From Trichlorobacter lovleyi SZ (GTDB taxonomy: Bacteria; Desulfobacterota; Desulfuromonadia; Geobacterales; Pseudopelobacteraceae), in the NCBI RefSeq assembly GCF_000020385.1, contig NC_010814.1, forward strand, positions 1,950,001 through 1,982,000: 32,000 nucleotides of DNA, in the 5' to 3' direction. Numbering within the stretch: the stretch's first letter is position 1; the number at the start of each line of letters is the position of its first letter. Both the position numbers and the translations under genes were made by a program. A model generated the notes under the pieces. That model was not told where the DNA came from, did no database searches, and saw only the letters and a list, made by a program, of their open reading frames with translations. Below are positions 8,395 to 17,334 of this stretch, piece after piece.

Positions 8395-9228
8395 ATGACA
8401 ATCTTTGAAATGTTTTCATACAGCTTCATGCAGCGTGCCCTGCTGGCAGGTACCCTGATCGGGGTACTCTGTGCAGTACTTGGTGTGTTTCTGGTACTGC
8501 GCCGCCTGTCGCTGATCGGTGACGGCCTGGCCCATATCACCTTTGGCAGTGTGGCCCTGGCCCTGTTTGCCGGGTTGCAGGGGGCTGCCATGCTGCTGGT
8601 GTCGCTGCCGGTGGTGTTGCTGGCATCGCTGGGGATCTTGAAGCTGGCTGGCAAGGCCCGGCTGGGCGGAGATGCCGCCATCGGGATCGTTTCATCGGTC
8701 GGGGTCTCACTGGGGGTGTTACTGGCAGTGCTGGGACGCGGCTATGGCGTTGACCTGTTCAGCTACCTGTTCGGCAGTATCCTGGCCATCAGCCGGGCAG
8801 AACTGCTGGTGGCAGGCGGCCTGTTTATCACGGTGCTGGCACTGTTGTGGCTGTACTACAATGATCTGGTGGCCTTGACCTTCAATGAGGAACTGGCAGC
8901 AGTCAGCGGCATCAGGGTCAGGTTTCTGAACGGTCTTCTGGCTGCCCTGACTGCGTTGACCGTGGTGTTGGCCATGAAACTGGTGGGGGTGATGCTGATC
9001 TCTGCGTTGCTGATCCTGCCAGCCTCGGCGGCCTTGCAGGTGGCCCGGGGATTCAGGATGACCGTGATCCTGTCGGTGCTGTTTTCTCTGCTGTCGGTTG
9101 TGGGGGGGATTGTGCTGTCGTTTCTGCTGAACCTGCCGTCGGGTGCCACCATCATCCTGTTGGCGTTTGTGATTTTCTGTGCCGGCTATCTCTTCAGGCA
9201 GCTACAAACGGTCAAAAATAGAAACTGA
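8395..9228 (+). CDS. znuB: Metal ABC transporter permease (ABC-3 family)
   Basis: 277-aa polytopic hydrophobic protein of ZnuB/MntB type. Its start lies in a TGATATG junction with the znuC stop. Confidence 0.88.
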   Translation: MTIFEMFSYSFMQRALLAGTLIGVLCAVLGVFLVLRRLSLIGDGLAHITFGSVALALFAGLQGAAMLLVSLPVVLLASLGILKLAGKARLGGDAAIGIVSSVGVSLGVLLAVLGRGYGVDLFSYLFGSILAISRAELLVAGGLFITVLALLWLYYNDLVALTFNEELAAVSGIRVRFLNGLLAALTALTVVLAMKLVGVMLISALLILPASAALQVARGFRMTVILSVLFSLLSVVGGIVLSFLLNLPSGATIILLAFVIFCAGYLFRQLQTVKNRN

Positions 9229-9844
9229 AATCCTTCCACTCATGCCTGTTCTCTTCCAGGCAGGCAATCAGTTCATCCACAATATCCGGGTCAAACTGTT
9301 TCTCTTTCAACTTGATCATTTCGTCAATCGCCTCGTCCCTGCCCATGGCAGCACGGAACGAACGGGGTGATACCATGGCATCAAAGGCATCAGCCACGCA
9401 GATGATTCGTGCATGCAGGGGGATCGATTCATCCTGCAGGCGGGCCGGGTAACCGGTGCCGTCCCAGCGTTCATGGTGGTGCATGATGGTGGGCAGGATA
9501 TGGGCGAGGTTTTCCAGGCCAACGATCAGCAGGCCTGCCTTGAGCGGGTGTTCCCGCATGATGATCTCTTCACGCTGATCAAGCGGATTGGGTTTGTTGA
9601 GGGTTGCTTCGGTGGTACCGACTGCCTTGCCGATGTCGTGCAGGATCGCACCGGCATAGAGATCCCGCAGTTCAATCTGGGACAGCCCCATACGAGCGCC
9701 GATGGCCAGGCTGATTTCAGCCACCCGGCGGGTATGGCCCTGGATATAGGTGTCTTTGACTTCCAGCGCCTCCACCAAGACCTGAATCAGGTTGTTTACA
9801 AAGCGCGGATCCCATGTCTGGGCTATATCATACGGTTTCGGCAT
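9212..9844 (-). CDS. Stand-alone HD-GYP domain cyclic-dinucleotide phosphodiesterase
   Basis: 210 aa. HD motif (GAILHDIGK) and HHERWDGTGYP (the GYP motif). There is no N-terminal receiver or sensor domain. Confidence 0.88.
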   Translation of the reverse strand: MPKPYDIAQTWDPRFVNNLIQVLVEALEVKDTYIQGHTRRVAEISLAIGARMGLSQIELRDLYAGAILHDIGKAVGTTEATLNKPNPLDQREEIIMREHPLKAGLLIVGLENLAHILPTIMHHHERWDGTGYPARLQDESIPLHARIICVADAFDAMVSPRSFRAAMGRDEAIDEMIKLKEKQFDPDIVDELIACLEENRHEWKDFSFYF

Positions 9845-9851
9845 AGTTACC

Positions 9852-9879
9852 CCTATAGCTCAAAATAGAGCACTGTCAA
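9852..9879 (-). promoter_or_regulatory. Candidate promoter for the HD-GYP gene (minus strand TTGACA-16 nt-TATAGG)
   Basis: On the minus strand, TTGACA lies at 9879-9874 and TATAGG at 9857-9852. The -10 element ends only 7 nt before ATG 9844, which would imply a very short or absent leader. The -10 is weak (the final T is missing). Pattern only. Confidence 0.22.
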
Positions 9880-9886
9880 CCCGTTT

Positions 9887-11140
9887 CTATCGTTTTCCCT
9901 GAGCCAGTCTGGCCGAAGCCGGGTCTCTGCGCAGCAGCCACATGCAAAGCGGCCCCAGCAAGCCTCCCAGCCCCACCGTGGTAAAGGCGATCCCCCAGGC
10001 ACCATTAATGCCGGGCCAGGGTTGCCAGCTCTGGAAACGGTCCAGCGCCCAGCCGAAGACGGTGGGGGAGATCATCCCCATGGTGTAGCCCACCAGCGAT
10101 TGCATTCCCATAGCAGCCCCCAGATAACCAGGCGCCACCAGCTCTGTCAGGGCAGTGGAAAAGACCGGCGATTCTGCCACAATCAGCCAGCCATAGACCG
10201 CTCCCACAAGCAGGGTCAGCCAAAGATTGGTATTGATCAGCCAGCCAAACAGGAATGAACAGACAACTGACCCCAGCATGACCACACTGACGGTGGTGGT
10301 GCGGCCAAAACGGTCAGACAGGCTGCCGGTAATGGCGGTGGAAAAGGTACCGATCCCCACCAGGGCGGCTGCAATGGCGGCTGCTGTGGCAGTGGCCCTG
10401 GCGGTGCTGAACCCCCAGCCGGTCAGGGCGGCAGCAAAGAACGGGGCCAGCCAGCTGCGCATGCCGTACATCTCCCACATATGGCTGGCATAGCCCAGGA
10501 TGACCAGCAGGGCCGGGCGGTTCTGCAAAATCTCGCCGTTAAAACCGCGCGGAGAAGGCTGAGGCGGGGCAGGGCGGTAGTCACGGAAAACCAGCAGTGA
10601 GAGGCAGGCACCGACCAAGACCCCGCCTGAACAGGCGAGCATTGCGGTTCTCCAGCCCCAGACCCCGGCAATGGTACCCGGCACCACCAGCGACAGTGAG
10701 GCGCCCAGGACTAATGCACCGACATAGATCCCCACCGCTCTGCCGCGCTGGTGGCTGGCAAAACGTTCTGCCACCAGTTTCAGGCCCGGCATGTAGGTGC
10801 CGCCCATGCCGATGCCGGTCAGTCCGCGCAGGATCAGACCGGACAGGTAATCATGGGCAAACAGGCCAAACAGCAGGTTGGCAACCCCTGACCAGAGTGC
10901 GGCGGTAATAAAGATCCAGCGGATATTCAGGCGGTCGGACAGGGTGCTGAGCAGGACGCCTGAGGCGATATAGCCTAGCTGGTAGACTGAAAAGATCACC
11001 CCGGCCTGGGTGTTGTTCATCCCCCATTCGACTTTCAGGATGGGGAGAATAGCGGAATAATTGATAAATACCAGCATGATAAAGATCTGGCTGCAGCAGA
11101 GGGTGAGCAGCCAGACGGTATCTGAACGCTGGTTAGTCAA
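9887..11140 (-). CDS. MFS transporter
   Basis: Long hydrophobic ORF with a profile of about 12 TM helices and MFS loop motifs (LSTLSDRLNIRW, GSLSDRFGRTT). The start is uncertain. TTG at 11140 (GAGG about 10 nt upstream) keeps the first TM helix (VWLLTLCCSQIFIMLVFINY) and overlaps the rmlC stop by 8 nt. The first ATG at 11077 would truncate TM1, and the ORF-track start at 11257 would overlap rmlC by 125 nt. Confidence 0.78.
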   Translation of the reverse strand: MTNQRSDTVWLLTLCCSQIFIMLVFINYSAILPILKVEWGMNNTQAGVIFSVYQLGYIASGVLLSTLSDRLNIRWIFITAALWSGVANLLFGLFAHDYLSGLILRGLTGIGMGGTYMPGLKLVAERFASHQRGRAVGIYVGALVLGASLSLVVPGTIAGVWGWRTAMLACSGGVLVGACLSLLVFRDYRPAPPQPSPRGFNGEILQNRPALLVILGYASHMWEMYGMRSWLAPFFAAALTGWGFSTARATATAAAIAAALVGIGTFSTAITGSLSDRFGRTTTVSVVMLGSVVCSFLFGWLINTNLWLTLLVGAVYGWLIVAESPVFSTALTELVAPGYLGAAMGMQSLVGYTMGMISPTVFGWALDRFQSWQPWPGINGAWGIAFTTVGLGGLLGPLCMWLLRRDPASARLAQGKR

Positions 11141-11678
11141 ACAGTTCCGCCTCGGATAACGGTTTGCCGGCAAGATCTTTTGCGGACAACAACGGTTCAC
11201 CGCACAGGGGCCAGCTGATGTTGATGGCTGGATCATCCCAGGCAATGGTCCGCTCAAACTCCGGCGCCCAGTAGTCGGTGGTCAGGTAAAGAAACTCGGC
11301 ATGGTCCGAGGTAACACAAAAACCGTGGGCAAATCCTTCCGGTACCCACATCTGACGTTTGTTTTCAGCCGACAGGGTGGTGCCGAACCATTTGCCGCAG
11401 GTTGGTGAAGAACGGCGAATATCAACTGCAACATCAAAGACTTCTCCGCTGATGACACGAACCAGCTTGCCTTGGGGGTGCTGAATCTGGTAATGAAGCC
11501 CCCTCAACACATTACGGGCTGAGCGGGAATGGTTGTGCTGGACAAATGACCGTTTCAGGCCGGTTGCCTTTTGCCAGACCCGTTCGTTGAAGCTTTCAAA
11601 GAAAAATCCCCGGTCATCTCCAAAGACCTTGGGTTCAAGGATCAGGACACCTGGCAGGGTAGTGGTCAGGCAGTTCAT
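11133..11678 (-). CDS. rfbC: dTDP-4-dehydrorhamnose 3,5-epimerase
   Basis: ATG 11678 (AAGGAGG upstream) gives MNCLTTTLPGVLILEPKVFGDDRGFFFESF. RmlC hallmarks are present: FVQHNHSRSARNVLRGLHYQ (catalytic His), GKLVRV..GEVFDVAVDIR, and FLYLTTDYWAPE (catalytic Tyr). Confidence 0.92.
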   Translation of the reverse strand: MNCLTTTLPGVLILEPKVFGDDRGFFFESFNERVWQKATGLKRSFVQHNHSRSARNVLRGLHYQIQHPQGKLVRVISGEVFDVAVDIRRSSPTCGKWFGTTLSAENKRQMWVPEGFAHGFCVTSDHAEFLYLTTDYWAPEFERTIAWDDPAINISWPLCGEPLLSAKDLAGKPLSEAELFD

Positions 11679-11791
11679 GGGAAGCGTTTCCTCCTTTGTG
11701 CAAGTCTGGTTGTCATAGCAGATAACGATACAATTGTGAATATTTGTTGGAGGCACTGGAAAAATTGGAAAACTGCGGTAAGCTGACAAAC

Positions 11792-13063
11792 ATGGTACAG
11801 GAAACAACCTTTGATAATGGTGTCAGGGTGGTGACCCAGCAGGTTCCCGGCATGCATACGGTCTCGATCGGTGTCTGGGTCTCCAACGGCGCCCGTTGTG
11901 AACAACCGTCTGAACATGGTACGGCACACTTTATTGAACATCTGTTGTTCAAGGGAACCCACCGGCGTACTGCACGGCAGATCACCCGTGAAATCGACTC
12001 GCTGGGGGGGGTGTTGAATGCCTTTACCAGCTACGAGTATGTCTGCTACTACGCCAAGGCCCTGGCCAGGACGTTGCCTCAGGTGGTTGATATTCTCTCT
12101 GATATGTTTCTGCATTCCACCTTTCCGGCAGATGAAATTGAGAAGGAACGCAAGGTGGTGCTGCAGGAAATCAAGATGCGGGATGATGCCCCGGAAGAAT
12201 CGATCCATGACCGTCTGCATCAGAGCTTCTGGAAAGGCCACCCCCTGGGTCACCCGATCCTGGGCACTGATCAGATCATCGGTTCAATTACCCGTGATAC
12301 CATCCTGGAGTTCAGGAATCACTGGTACCGCCCCAGCGAAATTCTGATAGCCGCTGCCGGTGGTGTTGAACACCATGTCCTGGTGGAACTTCTACAGGAA
12401 TCCTTTTCCTGTCTGCAACCCGGCGAGCCCCGTCGCACGCTTCAGCCGCACGGCAGGCTTGCAACGGGCCGGGTCATGGAGTTGTGTGAACGGGATCTTG
12501 AACAGACCCTGATCTGCCTGGGCACCGAAGGGCTGCCCACCAGTTCTCCGGAACGTTACAGCCTGATGGTGCTGAATGCCATTCTGGGCGGGGGGATGAG
12601 CTCTCGGCTGTTTGAGGAGATTCGTGAGAAGCGCGGCTTGGCCTACTCAGTCTATTCCTATGTCTCATCCTTTGCCGATGCTGGAACATTGTCAATCTAT
12701 GCCGGTTCCGAACGGGAGCGCAGTTGCGAGGCGGTCACCATTATTCTGGAGGAAATGTCCCGCCTGCGGGATGAGGCGGTACCACAGGATGAACTTGAGG
12801 CGGCACGTGAACAAATAAAAGGTAAAATATTGATGTCACTTGAATCAAGTGATAGCTATATGTCACGTTTGGCACGCAGTTACTTGAATTTTGGCCGTTA
12901 TCAGCCGCTGGATGAAATTATGGCAGGCTTCGATGCCGTGACAGCTGGCGATCTGCAGCAGCTTTCAGCCCGCTTGTTCCGTGATGAAACCCTGAATATC
13001 CAGGTCATGGGCAAGGTTGATCCGCACTGTTTTGCTGAAAAGTCCGGGCGTATCACCCTGTAG
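11792..13063 (+). CDS. M16-family (pitrilysin-like) zinc peptidase
   Basis: Inverted zincin motif HFIEH in GTAHFIEHLLFKGT, with a typical M16 N-terminus (FDNGVRVVTQQVPGMHTVSIGVWV). ATG 11792 was chosen; the ORF-track start is a TTG at 11744. Confidence 0.87.
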   Translation: MVQETTFDNGVRVVTQQVPGMHTVSIGVWVSNGARCEQPSEHGTAHFIEHLLFKGTHRRTARQITREIDSLGGVLNAFTSYEYVCYYAKALARTLPQVVDILSDMFLHSTFPADEIEKERKVVLQEIKMRDDAPEESIHDRLHQSFWKGHPLGHPILGTDQIIGSITRDTILEFRNHWYRPSEILIAAAGGVEHHVLVELLQESFSCLQPGEPRRTLQPHGRLATGRVMELCERDLEQTLICLGTEGLPTSSPERYSLMVLNAILGGGMSSRLFEEIREKRGLAYSVYSYVSSFADAGTLSIYAGSERERSCEAVTIILEEMSRLRDEAVPQDELEAAREQIKGKILMSLESSDSYMSRLARSYLNFGRYQPLDEIMAGFDAVTAGDLQQLSARLFRDETLNIQVMGKVDPHCFAEKSGRITL

Positions 13064-13108
13064 TTTTTTTGTGTCTAGCGAGTCGACCCGCAGCTGGGAG
13101 TGGTTGCT

Positions 13109-15034
13109 ATGGCAGGTAGTTATTGGCCCCACAGCTGGAACCTGTTGACCAAGATTGTAGCTGTCAATCTGGTGGTCCTCTTTGTCGCGTTTCTCGCTCT
13201 GATGTTCTATGTGCTCCCCCTCTATGAAGACAAGTTGCAGCAGCAGCGCAAGCAGTATATTGCCGAACTGGTTGATATGGCCACCGGCGTGGTTGAAAAC
13301 TGCCACCAGCAGGAGTTGCAGGGACGTCAGACCACCTCTGAGGCGCAACAGTCAGCATTGGCGACACTCAGGGTGATGTCCCGGGACAACGGCTATTTCT
13401 GGATTCATGACATGCAGTTAAAGATGATCATGCATCCCTATGCCACCCATCTTGATAACCACAATCTTGCAGGTTATGCGGACCCGAACGGCAAGAAGCT
13501 GTTTGTGGAGATGAACCGGCTGGTGGCGGCGTCCGGCAAGGGCTATCTGGAGTACTATTGGCCGAAGCCCGGCCATGACCAGGCAATTTCAAAGATCTCT
13601 TTTGTAAAGCTTTTTGTCCCCTGGGGCTGGGTGATCGGTAGTGGGATGTACCTGGATGATATCTCTGAGGAGGTATCATCGCTCAGGCATAAGGTCTATC
13701 TCATTGTTGGTCTTGTGCTGGTCTTGATAACTGCGTTTTCATTGATTGTTGCTGTCCGGATCAAGAAGCCGCTGCAGCAGGCACTGGAACTGCTGCAGGA
13801 GATACCTGAACAGTACCGGCCTGTCCAGAGCGTGACTGCACTGGATGAATCCAACCGGCTGTTGCGGGCCATGGTTAATCTGGTAACCGCTCTGAAGGCT
13901 GCCAAAGAACAGGCAGAGGCAGCCAGTTCTGCCAAGGGGGCATTCCTGGCCCAGATGAGCCATGAGATCCGGACACCGATGAATGCGATCAGCGGACTGA
14001 CCGAGCTTGCCCTGGATCAGGCTCCTTCCGCGCAACAACGGGAGCTGCTTGAAGGTATCAGTCATGCCGCAAACCATCTCTTGAGCCTGATTAACCAGGT
14101 GCTTGATTTCTCAAAACTGGAGGCGGGAATCGTTGAGCTGGAACAGATTCCTTTTAATCTGCGACAGACACTGACAGCAACACTGCTGCCATTCTCGGTG
14201 CGGGTCCGTTCAAAGGGAGTCAGATTTGAAACTGTCCTGGCCGATAACCTGCCGACCAGGGTGATCGGTGACCCGACCAGATTGCGTCAGGTACTGGTTA
14301 ATCTGGTGGGGAATGCGGTCAAGTTTACCCGGCAGGGGTGTATTGAGATCGACGTGGAAAAAGGTGAGCAGACGGGCAACCACTGTGAGCTGCGCATCAT
14401 GGTCAGAGACACCGGGATCGGTATCCCGCAGGAGAAGATTGCACAGATCTTTGCCCCTTACAGCCAGGCTGCCGCCTCAACGACCCGCGAATTCGGCGGC
14501 ACCGGCCTGGGACTTTCGATTGTCAAGCAGTTGCTTGAGGTGATGCAGGGAACGATTACGGTTGAAAGCCAGCCCGGAGCAGGAACCTGCTTCTCGGTGT
14601 CTGTTCCGGTTGAGATTGCAGGGCCTGATACGCTGTCCGGCTCGGCAGATCTCCAGGGCGTTCCTGCCCAGCGGATTTTACTGGCAGAGGATAATGAAAT
14701 CAACCGCATGATGCTGGCCAGACTGCTTGAAAAAACAGGCCATTCGGTTGACGTCGTACCAGATGGCAAAGCAGCTGTCCAATGCTGGAAGAACGGCTCT
14801 TACAGCATGATTTTGATGGATATCCAGATGCCGGAAATGGATGGCCTTGAGGCTACCCGGATCATCCGCTCTCTGGAGGCCGGGCAGGGTGGGCATATCC
14901 CGATTATCGCCATGACCGGCCAGGACAGCCCGGAGGACGTGGAAAACTGCTACCGGGCCGGAATGGATCTGCATCTGAAAAAGCCGGTGCAACTGTGTGA
15001 ACTGGTTGCTGCAGTGGCGCGCGTGGCACAGTAA
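13109..15034 (+). CDS. Hybrid sensor histidine kinase / response regulator with periplasmic single-Cache domain
   Basis: GGGAG lies 8 nt before ATG 13109. The architecture is TM, a Cache-type domain (YFWIHDMQLKMIMHPY..YYWPKPG..WGWVIGSGMY), TM, H-box MSHEIRTPMNAI, ATPase boxes (DTGIGI, GGTGLGLSI), and a C-terminal receiver (ILLAEDNEINRMM..ILMDIQMPEMDG..HLKKP). Confidence 0.9.
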   Translation: MAGSYWPHSWNLLTKIVAVNLVVLFVAFLALMFYVLPLYEDKLQQQRKQYIAELVDMATGVVENCHQQELQGRQTTSEAQQSALATLRVMSRDNGYFWIHDMQLKMIMHPYATHLDNHNLAGYADPNGKKLFVEMNRLVAASGKGYLEYYWPKPGHDQAISKISFVKLFVPWGWVIGSGMYLDDISEEVSSLRHKVYLIVGLVLVLITAFSLIVAVRIKKPLQQALELLQEIPEQYRPVQSVTALDESNRLLRAMVNLVTALKAAKEQAEAASSAKGAFLAQMSHEIRTPMNAISGLTELALDQAPSAQQRELLEGISHAANHLLSLINQVLDFSKLEAGIVELEQIPFNLRQTLTATLLPFSVRVRSKGVRFETVLADNLPTRVIGDPTRLRQVLVNLVGNAVKFTRQGCIEIDVEKGEQTGNHCELRIMVRDTGIGIPQEKIAQIFAPYSQAAASTTREFGGTGLGLSIVKQLLEVMQGTITVESQPGAGTCFSVSVPVEIAGPDTLSGSADLQGVPAQRILLAEDNEINRMMLARLLEKTGHSVDVVPDGKAAVQCWKNGSYSMILMDIQMPEMDGLEATRIIRSLEAGQGGHIPIIAMTGQDSPEDVENCYRAGMDLHLKKPVQLCELVAAVARVAQ

Positions 15035-15055
15035 GCCGGCAGGTGTGTCCGGCAG

Positions 15056-15520
15056 CTACAGTTTTCCGGTGTGGCCAAACCCTCCGGTTCCCCGCGCACT
15101 CTCCTCGCTGAATTCTTCCACTACCCGTAAACAGGCCTGCACCACCGGCATGAACAGCATCTGACAGACCCGTTCACCGGGCTGGATGTTGTATGTCTGA
15201 CTGCCCTGGTTGCGGATACCGATCTTGATCTCACCCTGATAGTCGCTGTCAATCACGCCGATGGTGTTGGCCAGGACAATGCCATGCTTGATCCCCAGCC
15301 CTGAACGGGGTGCCAGGATAGCCACCAGATTCGGGTCATGGATGCTGATGGCAATACCGCTGGGAATGGTGACGGTTTCGCCAGGTGCCACGGCCACTGC
15401 CTCATCCAGGCAGGCCCGCAGATCAAGGGCTGCAGAACCGTCGGTGGCATACTGGGGCAGAGGGATGCTGCTGCCGATCAGCGGGTTGACAATTTTGGTT
15501 TCAATCTCACGATGTTTCAT
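15056..15520 (-). CDS. dut: dUTP diphosphatase
   Basis: 154 aa with the conserved dUTPase motifs AALDLRA, PRSGLGIKHGIVLANTIGVIDSDYQGEI and RGTGGFGHTGK. Confidence 0.93.
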   Translation of the reverse strand: MKHREIETKIVNPLIGSSIPLPQYATDGSAALDLRACLDEAVAVAPGETVTIPSGIAISIHDPNLVAILAPRSGLGIKHGIVLANTIGVIDSDYQGEIKIGIRNQGSQTYNIQPGERVCQMLFMPVVQACLRVVEEFSEESARGTGGFGHTGKL

Positions 15521-15602
15521 GTAAAAAATCCCTTCTGGTTGTTACTGTACAGGCTTTGTAGCGTAAAGCCGCCCCAACGCAAAGCATAAAAAAGGAGCTG
15601 TC

Positions 15603-16703
15603 ATGCGTGACCCACGTGTGGCCGAGATGGCCAAGGTACTGGTTGATTATTCCACCCGGATAAAAAAGGGTGATCGGGTACTGATATCTGCTGCCGGTTT
15701 TGAAGCTGCCCCGCTGGTAAAGGAGTTGTACGCGCTCTGTCTGCAGCGTGGTGCCGAATATGTTGAGTACAGCTTCAGTGTGCCTGAAATCGACCGTCAG
15801 TTGTACAATCTGGCCTCGAAAAAACAGTTGGAGGTCTTTCCCCAGCACAAACTGGATTTTTTCAAGACGTTGACCGCTTATATCGGCATATCTGCCGGTG
15901 AAAACTCCATGGTCAACGCCACCAGTAATCAGAAGGCAATGGTGGCCTATTCAAAACTGACCCGTCCGCTGGTGGATCAACGGGTTAAGCACACCAAGTG
16001 GGTGGTCACCCGCTATCCGACCCAGGGTTCAGCCCAGGAGGCACGGATGAGCCTGGATGAGTATGAGGATTATCTGTTTGCTGCCTGCAATATTGACTGG
16101 TCAATTGAATCAAAAAAGATGGAAAAACTGAAGAAGCTGATGGATAAGACCGATAAGGTGCGTCTGAAAGGGCCGGATACTGACCTTGCCTTCAGCATCA
16201 AAGGCTTGCAGGGAATCAAGTGCGACGGCCGCTACAATATCCCGGACGGTGAGGTCTTTACCGCGCCGGTGCGGGATTCTGTGCAGGGGGTGATCACCTA
16301 CAACTGCCCCACCATCTATCAGGGCAAGGAGTTCAACAATATCCGGCTGGAGTTCAAGGATGGCAGGATTATCAAGGCCACTGCTGGGGAGATGACCAAG
16401 GCATTAAACGAGATCCTGGATACTGATGAAGGGGCTCGCTATGTTGGTGAATTTGCCGTGGGGGTCAATCCCAATATCCGTACCCCGATGCGCAACATTC
16501 TGTTTGATGAAAAGATCTCCGGTTCAATCCACTTTACCCCCGGGCAGGCTTACGATGAAGCTGACAATGGTAATCGCTCTGCGGTACACTGGGACATGGT
16601 GCGTCTGATGAAAGATGGCGAGATCTGGTTTGATGACCGTCTGATTCAAAAACAGGGGCTGTTTGTGCTTCCGGAACTGGAAGCGCTCAACCCGGAGAAA
16701 TAG
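15603..16703 (+). CDS. Aminopeptidase, M29 (AmpS/PepS-like) family
   Basis: 366 aa. M29-like N-terminus (MRDPRVAEMAKVLVDYSTRIKKGDRVLI), C-terminal metal-site region (GEFAVGVNP, SIHFTPGQAY, HWDMV). AAGGAG lies upstream of the ATG. Confidence 0.85.
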   Translation: MRDPRVAEMAKVLVDYSTRIKKGDRVLISAAGFEAAPLVKELYALCLQRGAEYVEYSFSVPEIDRQLYNLASKKQLEVFPQHKLDFFKTLTAYIGISAGENSMVNATSNQKAMVAYSKLTRPLVDQRVKHTKWVVTRYPTQGSAQEARMSLDEYEDYLFAACNIDWSIESKKMEKLKKLMDKTDKVRLKGPDTDLAFSIKGLQGIKCDGRYNIPDGEVFTAPVRDSVQGVITYNCPTIYQGKEFNNIRLEFKDGRIIKATAGEMTKALNEILDTDEGARYVGEFAVGVNPNIRTPMRNILFDEKISGSIHFTPGQAYDEADNGNRSAVHWDMVRLMKDGEIWFDDRLIQKQGLFVLPELEALNPEK

Positions 16704-16705
16704 GC

Positions 16706-17317
16706 ATGTTGCTGGAGATTGATCCTGAACGCCCCCAGCCGCGGCAAATTGCCCAGGTTGTGGACTGCCTGAAAAACGGCGGTATTGTGGCCTATCCGAC
16801 CGATACGACCTATGGACTCGGCTGCTCTATTTTCAACAAAAAGGGGCTGGAACGGATTTATCAGGTTAAACAGCGGGATAAGCGCAAACCCTTTTCCTTC
16901 ATCTGTTCCGACCTGTCCGAGGTCTCCCGCTACGCCCGCCTGACCAATCACGCCTTCAAGATCATGAAACGCTATCTGCCCGGCCCCTATACCTTTGTGC
17001 TTGAGGCCAGCCGCGAGGTGCCGGACCTGCTGATAACCAAGCAGAAGACCGTTGGGATCAGGATGCCGGATAACGCGATCTGTCTGTCGATTGTGCAGGG
17101 GCTGGGGGTGCCGATTGTTACCACCAGCGCCAACCTGTCCGGCGAGGACCCGGTGGGAGACCCGCTGGAGATCAACCGGCTATTTGGCCATGCACTTGAT
17201 CTGGTGGTTGATGGAGGTCTATTGACCACAGATGTCAGTTCGGTGGTCAGTCTGGTGGGAAAAGAGCCTGAACTGCTGCGGGAAGGGGCTGGCGACCTTT
17301 CCTGGCTGACAGGGTAG
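16706..17317 (+). CDS. tsaC: L-threonylcarbamoyladenylate synthase (YrdC/TsaC type)
   Basis: 203-aa YrdC domain with GGIVAYPTDTTYGLGC, KQRDKRKPFSFI, LPGPYTFVL and VTTSANLSG. It starts 2 nt after the aminopeptidase stop. Confidence 0.88.
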   Translation: MLLEIDPERPQPRQIAQVVDCLKNGGIVAYPTDTTYGLGCSIFNKKGLERIYQVKQRDKRKPFSFICSDLSEVSRYARLTNHAFKIMKRYLPGPYTFVLEASREVPDLLITKQKTVGIRMPDNAICLSIVQGLGVPIVTTSANLSGEDPVGDPLEINRLFGHALDLVVDGGLLTTDVSSVVSLVGKEPELLREGAGDLSWLTG

Positions 17318-17334
17318 GCAGTGCGGGGGCGCGT

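Noticed and set aside
11141-11257. N-terminal extension of the MFS ORF overlapping rmlC by up to 125 nt
   Set aside because: The extension (MSGPLPGMIQPSTSAGPCAVNRCC...) is non-hydrophobic and Pro/Arg-rich, and it lies in an alternate frame of the well-conserved rmlC C-terminus. A TTG at 11140 gives a normal MFS N-terminus.
12836-12852. Perfect 17-bp palindrome TCACTTGA-A-TCAAGTGA in a locally AT-rich patch of the M16 peptidase gene
   Set aside because: It lies in-frame within conserved coding sequence (..ILMSLESSDSYM..). There is no second copy in the window and no adjacent mobile-element features, so it is most simply a coincidence.
15035-15053. GCCGG-N9-CCGGC hairpin between the convergent hybrid kinase and dut genes
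   Set aside because: The stem is only 5 bp, the loop is 9 nt and there are no flanking T/A runs. That is too weak to call an intrinsic terminator.
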